Part shown: positions 13,870 through 27,636 of the stretch, in pieces
How positions within the stretch are numbered: the stretch's first letter is position 1
How the letters are laid out: each line of letters opens with the position of its first letter
Source of the DNA: Vermamoeba vermiformis
Taxonomy: Eukaryota
DNA length: 64,000 nt
Assembly: GCA_045837725.1 (NCBI GenBank)
Contig: JBEWZL010000235.1
Coordinates: 62,001-126,000 of the forward strand
Reading direction: 5' to 3'
The notes under the pieces: generated by a model
Told to the model about the DNA's origin: nothing
Database searches by the model: none
The model's input: the letters and a program-made list of their open reading frames with translations, nothing else
Translations under genes and position numbers: made by a program

Positions 13870-15650
13870 CTATCTAAACTATAATATTGACTTTCACTTG
13901 TTTTAGCATCGCATTGTAAAATTTGGATCTGCTCCATCCATAAAAAAGAATTTTTCTTTTTAAATTCTAGAACGTACCGTTAAAATAGGCTTTATTATGC
14001 AGTTTTGAATCGCTTGGGTGGATTAATAGTACCATACTCATCTGTGCCGTAGTTCTCAACTTCTTCGATGGATCTCTTGGATGTCATACCAAGAAGAGAG
14101 CTATGGTTGACTATTATTTGACCACTGAGTCCATTACCATTACGACTGCTATTCGAAAATGAACTTATCATTGCGCCCTAGTGCCTTGTGTTACAACACA
14201 TATGAATAATGATTATTGACGTACCGGTGCCGTGAGACTATGTTCAATGAGGACAGGTGTGGCCTTGAATTCTTTTTGTCGCTGCTGTTCAATGAACGGC
14301 TGAAGAGTCTCGAGTGTGTCACGTGACATTTCGGGCGCGTCACTTTTGATCGTTTTCAACGTCTCTTCAACACCGTTCAAGGCACGACCAACGATATCAA
14401 GTTTTTTACGAATCATAGGCCTTAATAGGATTAAATTACTATTATTTCGCGCGTTGAATTGTAGCGTACCACATGACATCATCGACCGTGCCAGGTGCCA
14501 CCAAGTAATAAATATTGACGTCACGTTGTTGGCCTATTCTGTGGACCCGGTCTTCAGCTTGAATGAGCATCTAAAGCGATAGTTAGATATGCTGTATCGA
14601 GTACTAGCCGTGACTTACACCGGGGGTCCAATAGAGCTCTGCAAACACAACGACATTTGATTTTGTCAGCGTGATACCAGCCCCTGCAGCAGTGATACTA
14701 AGCACCGCTACACGCACTTGAGGATTGTTTTGAAACATTTTCACGCGATTGTGTCGTTGATCGAGTGTTGTATTGCCGTCAATACGAATGAATTGGACTC
14801 CCTAAAAACGTCAGATCCGGATCCAAATGAAAAATTGTTCGTACCTTGGCTTGAAGCGCTTGAGAAATAGCGTCCAAGAGCTGCAAATGATGTGCAAAGA
14901 CGAGAAATTTGTCTTGAACTTCAAGTAATTTCGTGACATAGTTGACCACACCAGGGATTTTTACGAGTGAAGTGGCCCTGTAGTTCTCCATCAAATTGTC
15001 TTTGTTCTTGAACACTTTTGAACTCATCCACGCTAACACAGCCTCTTCGGCCGCAGTCAAACCTTCTTCGTCCTCGATCTGGATCTCGTCTTCTGCATTC
15101 TCGTTCATTTTCACAGAATTCATTTGTCCGCTGGGCAGTTGTACGGAGATATTAACTTTGTGTCTGTGCTTCGCTGGCAGTTCATTCAACACATCTCGCT
15201 TCAATCGCCGAATCATTAGTGACCTTGACAACAGCAAATGAAGTTCGCGCAAGTGACACGAGCCTTTGAAATTTTCATCAAAATAGCCCTAGTGAAAAAA
15301 GAATTAATATTTTTAGTTATTATTGAGGATTATTAGAGCGTACTTGACTATCGACGCAATAACGCAGTCCAAACACTAGAATTTTTTGGCCGGTAAATCT
15401 CAAGTGTGACAAATCATCACATGTCCCGTAGTATCTACATGTGACAATTTTGTCACCCCGCGACAACGTGACCCGCTGATGTCTGGTTGAGCTAGTACGT
15501 TGGCCAAGCAGCCGCTACGGTACATGAGCATTAATTTTAATAAACAAGAGTTTGTTTAATATGTTTTATTATCCCAATTACAAATTGGATAGCATGTCAA
15601 ATTGAGAGTCCGTATTGCCGACGCATGATGATTTACACCGTCAAGCATGT

Positions 15651-16751
15651 CTACTCATTTGATTCCGCTTCCTCATTAGAAGAGTTTGCCTATGCAAATG
15701 GTTATTAAAATAAGTTACTGAGGATGTACGTTCTTACCAGAGAATCTTCGGCTTGGATAAGTCTTCTTTTTTTTGTTGGCGGTTCATGTTCCTGTTTGAA
15801 TACATGAGTTATTGTAGTAGTAGATTGAAAAAACCTACCCCGTGTTGCTCTTCATCTTCGTTGGAGGCATTGTCTAATTTGTCTTTAATTGTTTTGCGAA
15901 CCTGCCCATCCAATTACAAACTATTGACGACATAAGGTTACAACTTACAATCATGGCAGCAAGCTCTTTGTCTGACTCGGAAGGGTTCTTTTTGATCCAT
16001 TTTCCAATTTCCACTATTCTATCTACATGGAATTCTAAGTCTTCAGGGTCAACTTGCGAGTTGTCTTTGAAGTAGTCTTGTACGGCAGGAATGATCCGGC
16101 GAACAAAGGATCTATACAAGGTACAGCGAACATATTCTTTAGCCTAAATAGAGGCGTCACTATTTTGCTAACGTGAATGAATTAGTACTCACTTTAGCAA
16201 GAGCGACTTTGAAAAATTGTTCGTTGTCTGGGCTTTTAGAGTCTAGCGCTAATTCAACTTCTATAATTTCCTTAATTTGAGGAGATTTGAGTTGCTTATT
16301 GGTCTTCCAATGTCGTTGAAGAGCATTTTTGATTCGTTTCTAAATTTAGCTGTTAGACGGCAAAAGGATTTAGCCATACTAACCCAGTCATCTTCGCTAA
16401 CAACGGAGTTTGCTAGCACCTTGGACACTGCAGACTTTAGTTGAGAGTATTGCTCTACTTGCAACGTGCTGTGCTTTTTCAGTTCTTTAATATCAGATTG
16501 AAGCGCGCGAACAATTTTGGTAATTGGCTCCAACATAGTAGTAATTGTTTTGAGAGTAACCTGCCAGTTAATAGTTACCAATTGTTTGCACTAAACTTCA
16601 AAAGGGATACCTGATTACTGCTAGCCAAGTTATCTTCCTTGTCATCCGCGAAAAGGACTTCATCAAATGAAGCCAATTTACTCCAATTTGTGTTGGTATT
16701 GGAAATTGATGAAATTTTGTTTGTGTTTAAACTGCTACTGTTGCGTTTCAT
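15651..16751 (-). CDS. CACTA-borne multi-exon orphan protein with a coiled-coil (about 300 aa)
   Basis: ORFs 16575-16811, 16261-16581 and 15874-16119 are linked by plausible GT-AG introns; no recognisable motif. Confidence 0.5.
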
Positions 16752-16813
16752 TGAATGATAGGATGTAACTGGACAAAAACAGTCGTTCATTAAGTTGTAG
16801 AATTTTATCAATT

Positions 16814-19800
16814 TTATTTACGAAGAACAGTTAAGTCATGGGTGGAGTGAGCATTGATTCCGTCACAATGTATGCAAAATATCACTTCGCAAACATTACA
16901 TTGAAGAGCATAGTGAGAGTACATTCTTTCACAAGCAGGGTTTGCGCAAATACCGCTGCTTGGCAGGGCTTTGGTAATCTTGATGTTTGGTCTATTAGTA
17001 TTGCGCGTTGTAATGTCTCGCATCGTCTCAGTTAAACAATACGCAATGCAGTAGTTGACTTCGTCATTGCGGTTATCCCTGTACTGCTGGATCCTGTAAC
17101 GATGGGTGAAGAAAATGTCTTCAAATGAATACACGGCACTATAAATAATGTATTAATCGTAGGTGTTGCTCAAAAATAATACTTACTTCTTTTTGGTAAG
17201 CCAGAAATTGGCGTACTGAAAAAGGTATGACATGTTGATTACGTCCCAACATAAGAATAGCAGCTTTGATTTCGGGCCGGCAAATATCACAAAAGAATGT
17301 TCGGTAGTGCTTAGAAATATCTCTCCTGGCGCAAAGTGCGTATTCTTAAAACCCAGTCGTCGGACTGCATCGAGAGTTTTGTCTGCATTTTCATAAGCAC
17401 GAAGAGTATTTTCAGGTAAAAGACATACCATTTAGCTTATCGAACTGTTGTTGGTCATTAAAGTATGCAATAGTTGCACCTGCAGAGTCGCTAATATTTA
17501 GAACAAGTCGTGGATGAAAGGCTGCAGACTGTACCGTAGTCAGTAAAACTTTGATAGCATATTTAGCACGTACCTTCTCGAATAAGTGGTACTCATTAGG
17601 TTTTATCGATAGGCGATTAAACAGAAAAGGCATCGCTGTAGGAGTAGTTTGAAGAAAATTCTGTTGCGAACGCAACTCCGCAGGCAAAAATATATTGAAG
17701 GCATCTAGTGGTAGAGACAAAATTTTTGCAGTAGAACAAGGTTGCATCTCAGTTTTGAACATGCATGGCAGCAGTGCATTTCGGAATCTACTTATGTTAA
17801 TTGCCGTTCATAATTTCAAGTTCGAAAGCTTACTTTTGCACCGCACTCTGAATAGCGGTAAAATGCTGCCCAGGAGTAAGCACGCATGGCTCACCAAAAG
17901 ATAATTCGTTGAACAGGTCTTCGGTATAATGTTGCGGTTTAGCCATCAAATCCCGTTCCGTCTCTGAACGTTGGACATCAATTGGCAGTTTTGGCTGATT
18001 GGAAGTATAAACATAATGGTGTTTCCAATAACGGTAGCAGAATCCATCAATTGCATTGCAGGAAGCGTTGGGCAGATTGATGGAGACCTTGCGCAGGGCC
18101 ATTTCAACTGCTAACTGCGTGTACTCGCCGGAGGCGACGTGAATCACGCGTTTGATGTTTAACTTCTTCAGTAAATACGCAATGAATTGCGCAATATCAT
18201 GGTACAAAGTTTTTTCCGTCTGTATATTTAATATCAATTTTGCGTGTAAATGTTGATAAGTAACTTACCGTGGCTTCAAAGAAATTAAGTCCTGCAATCA
18301 AACTTTGATCCAGATTAAATGAGTAAATTGTGCTGCGTTGTCCATTGACTGTAAATTGTTCGGTGGCAAAAGAGCCCGAAATAAGACGTGGGGCATCGTA
18401 CAAAACTTTGAGATAATTAGTAAAGTACCATATTTAATTGCACGATTACCTAATAATGGAATATCTCCGTTCAATTTACTGGTTATGTCGGGCATTGAAA
18501 TATGCGGATTTTTAAGCAGGTCAACAAAGACCAGGAATGTGCCGGATTGCAGGGTGTTGGAGAAGTTGTTCGCGTTGACTGAAAAGTTCCAAAACGACAC
18601 ATAATTGTCAAAGATAGGCATTAGGCAATCCTGGTACGCGTTGATGTCCATTCCATTGGCGGTTAACTTCTTGGAGTAACGCATCCAAGACCTTTCGATT
18701 GCATTTTGCGGCACAAACATCAACTTCTCATCGAGTTGTGATGGTTCTAATTGCATTTTTCCAGAATCTTGAGACTGGGGACTGCCTTGCTGCAGAGTGT
18801 CATCTGGGACGCACTTCGTCAGATGCGACGACAATGAATTATCTCCACCTGCTGGGGAGATTTCATTTGTATCTGGAGCACAAGCCTGTTCTGAATCTCC
18901 AGAGGACAGTTGCTGGGCTTTCTTATTCACTAGGACTAATGAGCGCGATGTTGCCGTTTTTTTGTTTGAATCCCTGGCCGACTTCTCCGCATACTCCGTT
19001 CGTCGCTTCTTTGCCGGTGGCTTTTCATCATCATCCTCAACCTCGATATAGTTGGCAAACTGCGAATCCTTTGTAACTCCAAAATTGACATCATTGGAAA
19101 GAGTGGCCGGCGTTGCAACATCGTACGATCTTTTTTGTAGTTGCACTTTCAGGTTCCTAATTGGCATTAATAATGCAAGCTGGTACCCGATGTGCACGTA
19201 CCTTATATCACTTCTCAGGGCATCTGCAATGAACTCTGCTTTGCCCGATATCTGATCTGCCGGTTTTCCCTCGGTCAAGTTTTGCATTAGTCGAAGGCGG
19301 TTAGCGACATAAGCTTCTGCCTGCTTGGCTTTGTCATCGGTGAGCTTGGTAAAGTGCTCGCAGCAGAATCTTGGACTGAATAGCACGTGCACGTGCGGGG
19401 ATATTAAACGCTCGAGGTGTTTCAGATCGCGCTTGGTGTTGTCCGTGAAATGCGCCAGCCATAAGGTAACTAACTTTCTGTAATGCTCTGTCGTGCACAT
19501 TAGATAAGTGGTAGCATTGTTAAATGATTTACCTAGGCAAATTACAGGCCCGTGCTGCGACATAAGTTTGTTATGAGCGCTCGCAGTAGTCTTTGCATTA
19601 TGAACGTCGGCACTCCTAAAGTACGCTGTAAGACACCATACAAGCACGAGTATATTACTTACGGTGGCAAGAACTCGCAGCAGAACTCTGCCAGACCGGT
19701 AAATGAGAACGACTCGGTATGGTCATTCGCCAAAGCACAAGCAGCTGCAGCCTGCAAGTTGTTAATAGCAATTTAAAACAATTTATATTTACCTGTCGGA

Positions 19801-20304
19801 GTAATTGTTTCGCCTTGTCGTATGGATCTTCGGTCGTAACGATAATAGCGGTCCAACTCTGGATGCCGAGTAATTTAGCTGCCGCATGCCTCTTGTAACC
19901 GTCAACAATATAATATTTTGCTGCTTTTTCCAAACGGTGTTGTTGCAGCAATGCCCCTTTCTGCTCGTCCGTAGGTCTACCATACAATTTATAAAATTGA
20001 TTAAAAAAACAATTATTTACGTACTCCCATAATAGCAAAACCGAATGTGGAAGAATACCCTTTTTCAGAGAGTCGACTAATTTGTTAACACTTTCATCCC
20101 CTAATTGTTTGACCTGAAACAGAGGATCGTCGCCGACGTCGCGTAACATTACCGTGCATTGAACAGTATTCATTCGCATTTGTCTATAAAAAAATTGTAA
20201 AAAAATTACCGCATATATATGTATAAACAAACGCTAGCAACTTACCGAAAATATTCGGGGATTGCTTCGTTGGCAACTTTGTTGTCCTTCTTTTTTTTGC
20301 TCAT
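16814..20304 (-). CDS. CACTA-borne protein: ParB/Srx-like N-terminal domain, degenerate JmjC-like region, C-terminal Cys/His Zn finger
   Basis: QVKQLGDESVNKLVDSLKKG and YYIVDGYKRHAAAKLLG (ParB-like); LPAELRSQQNFL...PRLVLNISDSAGATIAYFND...HFAPGEIFL...LFLCWDV (JmjC-like spacing); CANPAC..CNVC..FCIHC..H..H. Confidence 0.55.
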
Positions 20305-20528
20305 TGTAAACTTTGATGTTGTATTGTTGATTATTGATGTATATCTTAATTAATGAAGACAAGCAAAGCCGAGAAGTGTCGGTAGAAAATTGGATGAAAT
20401 TTCCAGTTAAGTCTTCTTCGGCGAAGACGACTTAACTGGACCCGTACCCAAATTTTTTTTAAGTTGAAAACTTACATTAAACCACTTGTTATTGTTGTTA
20501 TATTATAAGAGAATACTACAAAATACAG

Positions 20529-21930
20529 ATGGAAACAAAAAATATGTTTGCACGGATTATTGAAGCGCAATACGTAAAAGGTGAGTTCGTATCTACTTTT
20601 TATTTATCTTTCTTATATTATGTTGACATATGTAAATATTTTAATGCGTAGTAATTTGTAAAAATAATTTAATTGCGCTTCGTTATTTATTTTTTGTTCG
20701 ATCAGCAACGCAGAACGGTGCTAATGAAACGGAGATGTCCCGTTTATTCATGCAAGCAGCGAAGAATATACAAAGCACTGATACTAATAGTACACGGTTT
20801 ACAAGTATGCAATTATATTAATTGGATCCTCGAATCTAATTTATATTCCTCAGGAAACGATGTAATTCGTATTAAAAATTTCGAGTGGCGTGCGGACCAA
20901 TTTTTACGCTTGAAGGAGAATTTCTGGCTCGACGATATAATAGTGAATACAATAGCCAAGTACGTAGCACTCCATTTTTCATTTTATTACGGCTCCCGCG
21001 AGCTCAGTTCGACACGGATCGATTTTCACGGAGGGCTTTGCAGGTTCCTTTACTTTAATTGTACTAATCAGCCACCTAAGGTTATTTGTCGATAACACGG
21101 ACGGCCAAGATCTGGCAATTGACTCCATTTTCACCGAGCAACAGCAATCGCGGAAGGAGATTGATATTAGCAAGTATCGCTTCGTTTACGTGCCATTGTT
21201 TGACCGAGCAAAACGACATTTCCAGTTGGTTATTATCGACGTAAAGAAAAGCAGCGCAGTGTTTCTGGATCCGAACCCTATTATTAAAGGTAAGCCGAAT
21301 CAACGCAATAGTAGCCGATGCTGATAAACTTCAGGAACGAGAACGAGCACTGCGGCGATAAAGAAATCAATTGGTACATACCTCCCCGAGCTAAAACGGC
21401 TAAAAAAGTTTTCCGTTATCCCTCCGGGTGCAATGCAGCAAAACGCAATTGACTGCGGGTTGTTAGTCCTCTCATATATAAGTGAGCATTCGACCAGCTC
21501 AGCTCCAACATATTCTGAGCAACTCTCACGGCAACAGTTGATTGATTTGATCTTTAAATACCTCGACTCCGTAAGCGCACAACCATTTTCGTTATATCAA
21601 GTTAATTTATTGTGATTTACATCAGGATCAACGACACAAAATTACACGCATGTTTGAACAATATAGCGCATCGAATAGTAAATTAATATTAGGAGTTAGC
21701 AGCGAGCAGGAGATTCACGCACTACAATTAACCGAGGGTATGTTTGACTTCGTAAATAATTATGTATATTTATAATTAATTTGTAGATTTCTTGCAATCT
21801 TACATAAACAAATTAGCGCAAATTGCACCACTCCAAATTCCCGACGACGTCTCTTCGGACCTTGTCAAGACAGTTGCCTATTATCATACGAAATACTTGT
21901 ATAATTATGCTTACCCTTTCATTTAATAAA
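20529..21930 (+). CDS. Ulp1/SENP (C48) cysteine protease, possibly fused to the downstream AlkB-SRA region
   Basis: Spliced protein contains LRLKENFWLDDIIVN, VPLFDRAKRHFQLVIID, FLDP and QQNAIDCGLLVL, giving the His/Asp/Gln/Cys catalytic set. Confidence 0.8.
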
Positions 21931-23067
21931 GTGGACGCCGAGCAATTCATCCAAAGGCCTTTACTTCCACATGCGCAATTAATTTACAACGCCGCTACAA
22001 CGCTGGAGTCGTTACTTTGGAATTCATTGCTGCAGCCATCGATAGATTGGTGGCTGCCATTTAATAACTTCACAAGTGGAGGCAATGCGATGCCAAAAAT
22101 ATACTGTGCGTTTTCAAAAGACATCTCTATTCGACATTATGTGCCGCACAGCGGTGGATCAAGACCCCTGCTCGCGTACCGTGCGCAATCCGTTGATCAG
22201 TTTCCTCTTGCTGAGACCTTCAATGCAATTTTACAGCGCTATCAATTCACGAAATGGAATTACATTACAGTGGTTATGTACTGCGGCAAAAGGTCGGGTA
22301 TCAGCGCTCACCGGGACCAATTCCAAATTGACGGTTTTGACCAAGCAGAAGAACAGATCGCTTCATTCGTTTTTGGTGACGAACGGTAATTACCATAATC
22401 CAACGCATCTTTTTAACCGTCCAATGTCAGGTATCTGGATCTCATCATTGACGAGCAGCAAGTCTCCATCGCAAATCCTTCGGGTTGCTTGTACCTCATG
22501 GATGGGATTCAAAAGTATTGCAAGCACAAGAAAGATGGAGGTACGGGAGTAAGCATCAGCGTTATTTTCAGACACTTGCTCCCGTATGATGGTGATTCCG
22601 AGGAGGCTGATAGGCTTAATTTGCAAGTTCATCTACCGTGGAGTCAGCTTTCTTCTGCGGCAACTCTTTGGAAGCCAGATCCAAAACTTGAAAACGACGT
22701 AGCCATGAAGACTTTTTGGTTTACAAAAATGCACTTCAACTTCAGTCAACGTCATGCATGCTATCATCAAGCCATATCTAGCAAAGGCAACATTATTCAG
22801 TCGGTGCTAGTTACAAACTGCGGTAACGAAGTAGCACCCGATGCAAGTACCATTATGTTTCAGGTTCCACTGAACTATTCGCGGTTGGCAGCTCTGAAAC
22901 TTACCAAAAAGCTGCAGCGGTCCTTCCGCGTCTACTGCAAGACGGTTTTTTTCCCAGGGCTGCCAAGTAATCTGTATTTGTTCTGCGGAACGTATTTAAT
23001 TACTTCCGCTTATAGAAAAGACGACCACAATCTGTTTTATAAATTTCAACGCATTAATGAGCACTAA
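21931..23067 (+). CDS. AlkB-like 2OG-Fe(II) dioxygenase followed by an SRA/YDG-like domain
   Basis: NYITVVMYCGKRSGISAHRD (HxD), IASFVFGDER, GCLYLMDGIQKYCKH (distal His), SVIFR; then RHACYHQAISSKGNIIQSVLV...AALKLTKKLQRSFRVY...YLFCGTYLI...FYKFQRI (SRA-like pattern). Confidence 0.7.
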
Positions 23068-24848
23068 CTGGTGGTGCCATATTTGTAATAAAGAACTTAA
23101 AAGTGACCAAAACAGACACTTTAGCACAAAAAAGCACCGTCTTAAAGCAGAACAGTTTAATGCCAATCAAACGAAGCCCGACAATGCAGTCGATGATACC
23201 GCAGGTATTTTTTAACGATACATGTCATTTAATATTAATAATTAATTTATTATTTAATTAGATCCCGTTCCCGACCAAACCAAACAGCAACAGACTACCA
23301 CGGAAGAGGGTATGCATATAGATGCTGCCCCTTCTTGTACTATGGCAGCCAATCCTCCACCAAACACTCCCTTGCCAACAAATCCTCCGTCCGTCGAACC
23401 AACCGTCGAACCAACCGTAGAGATACTGCTGCATCTCTTTTGCATGCAGAAGAGCATATCGTTAAAGAATGAAAAGACGTTGTTCAACATCCTGTCGACG
23501 CCAATTTTCCAACGAGGCTTCTTAATTCAATCGTTTGATGCCTTTAGAAAACAATTAGATATCAGTTTACGTGATATTGAGCCAACTATAATCCACTGTA
23601 GCACAAAGCATCCTGGTCAAAAGAATTACAAGCCCCTAGACCCAAACAAGTTAGGCCCAACTTGCGCTATTCCGGTGTACAACCTCCGTCAGCACTTGGA
23701 AAGTTTTCTCAAAGACGAACAACTCAGCAGAAGTGTCATTACAAAGCACAACTGCGATGGAAATACATACTCCGACTTCACTTCCGGCACCTACTTCCGA
23801 GATTTGTGCTTATCGCTACCGGAAGACGTAGTTCCCCTTTGTTGTAAGTAATTTCTCGCTTCATTTCTACAACTTATCTAAACTCTCTTTAGTGGAACTA
23901 TATTGGGATGATACTGGTATATCCAGCAAGAAAAAATGCGGTCCACTCTGGATTGGTATCTCTAACACGAAACCTTCGATAAAGCGCATGCCCCGTTCTC
24001 GAATGCTGACCTCTGTTTTACTGGGCAATGCCGATCCAAGTAGCGTTTTTAGCGAAATCGTCAGTCAACTACAGCATATTAAGCTCTACCCATTTTATTT
24101 TGGTTGTGACCAGGTTAACAAATTGTGCCACGTAACATTATCAATGGTACTAGGTGATGCTCCCGCTAGTAATGGTGCCATAGGTACGTATTATTTTTCT
24201 GCCTACCTGTTATTCAACGCCAACAGGATTGCGAGGACCAACATGTTCATCCCCATGCAGACTTTGTACCGTGTCAAGAAAAGACTTGAAATCAATTCCA
24301 GAGATTGATTTGGATAATTCCTCTATCGATGAACTACCCTGGGCCATTCGAAACCCCGCGGAGTACTTTAACTTGGTAAATGACGTGCAAAACAATTATA
24401 AGCGAGGCGAAATGGAGTTCCAAGAAAACCGTCTCAAAGAGTTAGGAGTTGGCTATTATGCGGTATGTACAAATACTCAACTGTATGCATTTATAACACT
24501 ATACAGAGTCCTCTTTGGCGAATCCCAGGCGTCAATCTTTTCGCTCAATCTCCATACTGTTTATTGCACAACGAATTCCTAGGTAAGATTACCGAATAGT
24601 ACATGCATTTCCTAACGATTGTCCAAGGATTGATCCCGTTTCATATTGATTGTACCCTCGGAGAGTTGTCAGCTGAAGCAATTGATTTGATTGGCCGACG
24701 AATAATGTCTTTCCCAACCATACCTAACTTGCCGTCACTTAACGTGGGACGAACTTTTAACAAGGTGAAAAATATCCCGCTATCAAACTGTAGACTTTAC
24801 ACTTTTAATATAAACTTTACACTTTTAGTCTAAACTTTCTGTTAATAA

Positions 24849-27593
24849 TCAGTGGGTGCCTTCCTTTGCTCGGTATTGTTTTGCAACTTCATAAACAATC
24901 TTTCTAATATACCCTTTGGTATATTTCTCTTCAAATACATCATGTGCCAAGAAGTACAGGAGATTGAAGGATATGCCTTGTTTTTCAGCTTTGACCCTAT
25001 TCAAGCCTGCAATGCACTTTTGAATGTCTTCTTGTGAAACCTTTGGATAATTTGCTTTTCGTGTTGTAAAGTGAAGGAACTTCAAATCTTCCATTGTACT
25101 GAAGGACAATAGTTGTGCAAAGGTTTCTCCAGCATTAAGAGAGTATGGCGTAGTCAGCTTTAAAGATAGCTGCACCATTTCATGTAGTTTAGTTGCCAAT
25201 GGATTATCATTCAGCTTATTTTCCTTGCTGGGAAAATGCAGTGTTAGTAGTGAGTGTAAAGTTGACAGTACGCACCTGTAATTGAACAGAAATTGCAAAT
25301 GTGTAATAATAGCATTTAGTAGCTCGAATGAACAGGAACCACTGTAGAAAGGTGAAGATTTTTTCAGGTACTTATGCCATGCCTCATTTGCATTAGTTCC
25401 CCGTTTAAACTCTTTTAAAGACGCTGAGTTCAAAACTGCTTTTGAGTATCCAGCTTTGTCACTCAAAAAATTGTTTACAGCACCTTCCACTTTGGTGGTA
25501 ATAATTGAAGGGAAGCTTGCTGGCTTTGGAGAGCCACTGAACGAGTAATGTTAGTGTAAAGTGTAAAGTTTGCACTTTAAATTTTACCCTGTTATTGTTT
25601 CGGCCAAATTTTCGATAAACAGCTGCATATCTTTGTCGTTATCTCGGTTTGCTGCCCTATACGTATCCAGCCATAAATGTAACTCGTTATGTAGGAACTC
25701 TGCCGTTGGGGATTGCTTGTTGGCAAGTTGAGCAAATATGGCACTCAAATCCTTTTTACAACTGTAGTAATCTGGTAAAAGAAGTCAAAATGAGACTAAC
25801 AATTTGTTATGTTACCTGGGTGATTGTGTGCTAACACAGTATCTATTCTATGGATCACATGCCACACATCCTGGCAGGTTTTTGGTGGATTGTTTGCATT
25901 TGGAAATGAATTCCAAAAAGCTTTTTCAATCACACTCTTATCTATGTGCATAAATTTAATAGTTAGTAGCTGGCTTTAGTAAATTGTTAGGTACCTTTGC
26001 GGCTATCATCAGTAAAAATGTGAGTTGTCACAGGAGCAGGTAGAAGGTCAAAAATTGCTTTCAACTCAGAGAACATGTAACTTCGTTCATCTGATGGTAC
26101 TAATTTAGTACGTAGCACTTGGCCATGTTCATTTAAGATGGACAGCAAAGAAGCCTTGACTTGTACCTGCAATGGTAAACTGTAAACTTTACAGTAAGAA
26201 AAATTTATTGTCCCTTACCCTTTTGCCATCAGACACAGCAGACAAAGCAGAGGCTATTTTATATGTGTGGTCTATCCGCAGAACAGCTCCAGTAGATTTT
26301 ACCAAATGTGATGTGTAGTTGTTGAAAAACTGTTGTTGCATGCGAAACTTATACAGATACAGGGCTTCCAATGTTGAAGAAGATATTACATAACTATCTT
26401 CAACAGATTGTAGAACTTTAGGAATATCATCCTCAACGAATACATGTGTGAACAGTGCCTGAACAACCTCATTATAAAAAAGAATGTAAAGTGTATAGTT
26501 TACACTTACCATTCTAAGTTTATGCGTTAAGTTTGCAACCCAACCAGTAAATATTGCTCGGGATAGAGCTGAAAAGTTGAAACAATGGTCTGGGATTGTA
26601 TTGAATATGTACTCAAGGAAGTGGGTTGTCACCACAGTTCTATCAAACACTACAATTTGAGGGGTAACTTCATAGTCCTGCAGTTCCAACTGTAGTAAAG
26701 AGAATCTACAATCATGTATCTGGCAATAATAGCGGTGATATTGAAGGAGGAATGGTGTTGAAACATCATAGCAGCGGTGTCGTAAATTATGGCCGTTCAA
26801 TGAAATTTTGCACTTCTCATCCTACAATAAGTTAGTCAAAATGACAATAAAAAATGATACACGGTACCTGTTGGTGCTTGTTGCAGTACTGAGGAATGTA
26901 CGAAAGCATATTCACTTTTTGCTTAGCTTGCCAAAGTTGAAGGTGTTCTACTGGCATTACTGATTCAATTGATGAAGCAAGATCATCCTCTCGTTGAGTA
27001 TTAAAGACCGGTGGCTCATGGTCATCAATTAACAGCTGAGAAAGGCTTGAAATAAGAGGCTCCATGGGGTCAGTATCTGCAGAATTGGATTAGTGTAAAG
27101 TGTAAAGTGTAAAGTATAAAGTGTGCCACACGGTAAACTTTCCAATGGGCGAGACCAATTCCCGCGCTTTTTAACCGTTACCTTTTGCTTTTTCTTCTTT
27201 CATTAGTTGTGCCTTCGATGTCTTTGAGCTCTCTGGTTTACTTATTGGGGCAATACGAGCCTTTGTTTGTTTTTGTGTGTGTGGTAACCGTTCTTTGTCC
27301 GTTTTCAAAGTTGTGGCTGTTTTAATTTTGAGCACATCTGTTAAAAAATTAGAAAAGTGTGGGAAAATATATTAAAATAATTGACCTGCACTATGCATCA
27401 TAGCTTGTTGATGCTGCTTCATCTCCTTTTTAGATCTCTTCGTTATGCCACAGATGGCGTTTTTTTTGTAATTGAAAAGCTGGCAAGTGTAATAAACCTT
27501 GTGGTTACCAGCCTTTCCAAAAGTAATTTTTTGGTGACAGGTGTAATCTTTACTGTCACTATCAAGTTGCACCAGTGTAAACTTGTTCGACAT
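24849..27593 (-). CDS. Mutator-like DDE transposase with N-terminal Cys/His finger (multi-exon)
   Basis: LRIDHTYKIA, SLLSILNEHGQV, HIFTDD, RGTNANEAWHKYLK; N-terminal YTCQ..AICG..HQQAMMH. Confidence 0.75.
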
Positions 27594-27636
27594 CTTGGTC
27601 GCCAAAAAATAAATAACTGCAACGAGTAACGCAACG

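Noticed and set aside
18130-18240. Active DNA adenine/N4-cytosine methyltransferase in the CACTA cargo
   Set aside because: Only a weak motif X-I resemblance; no DPPY/NPPY/SPPY catalytic motif found, so it is not called as a feature
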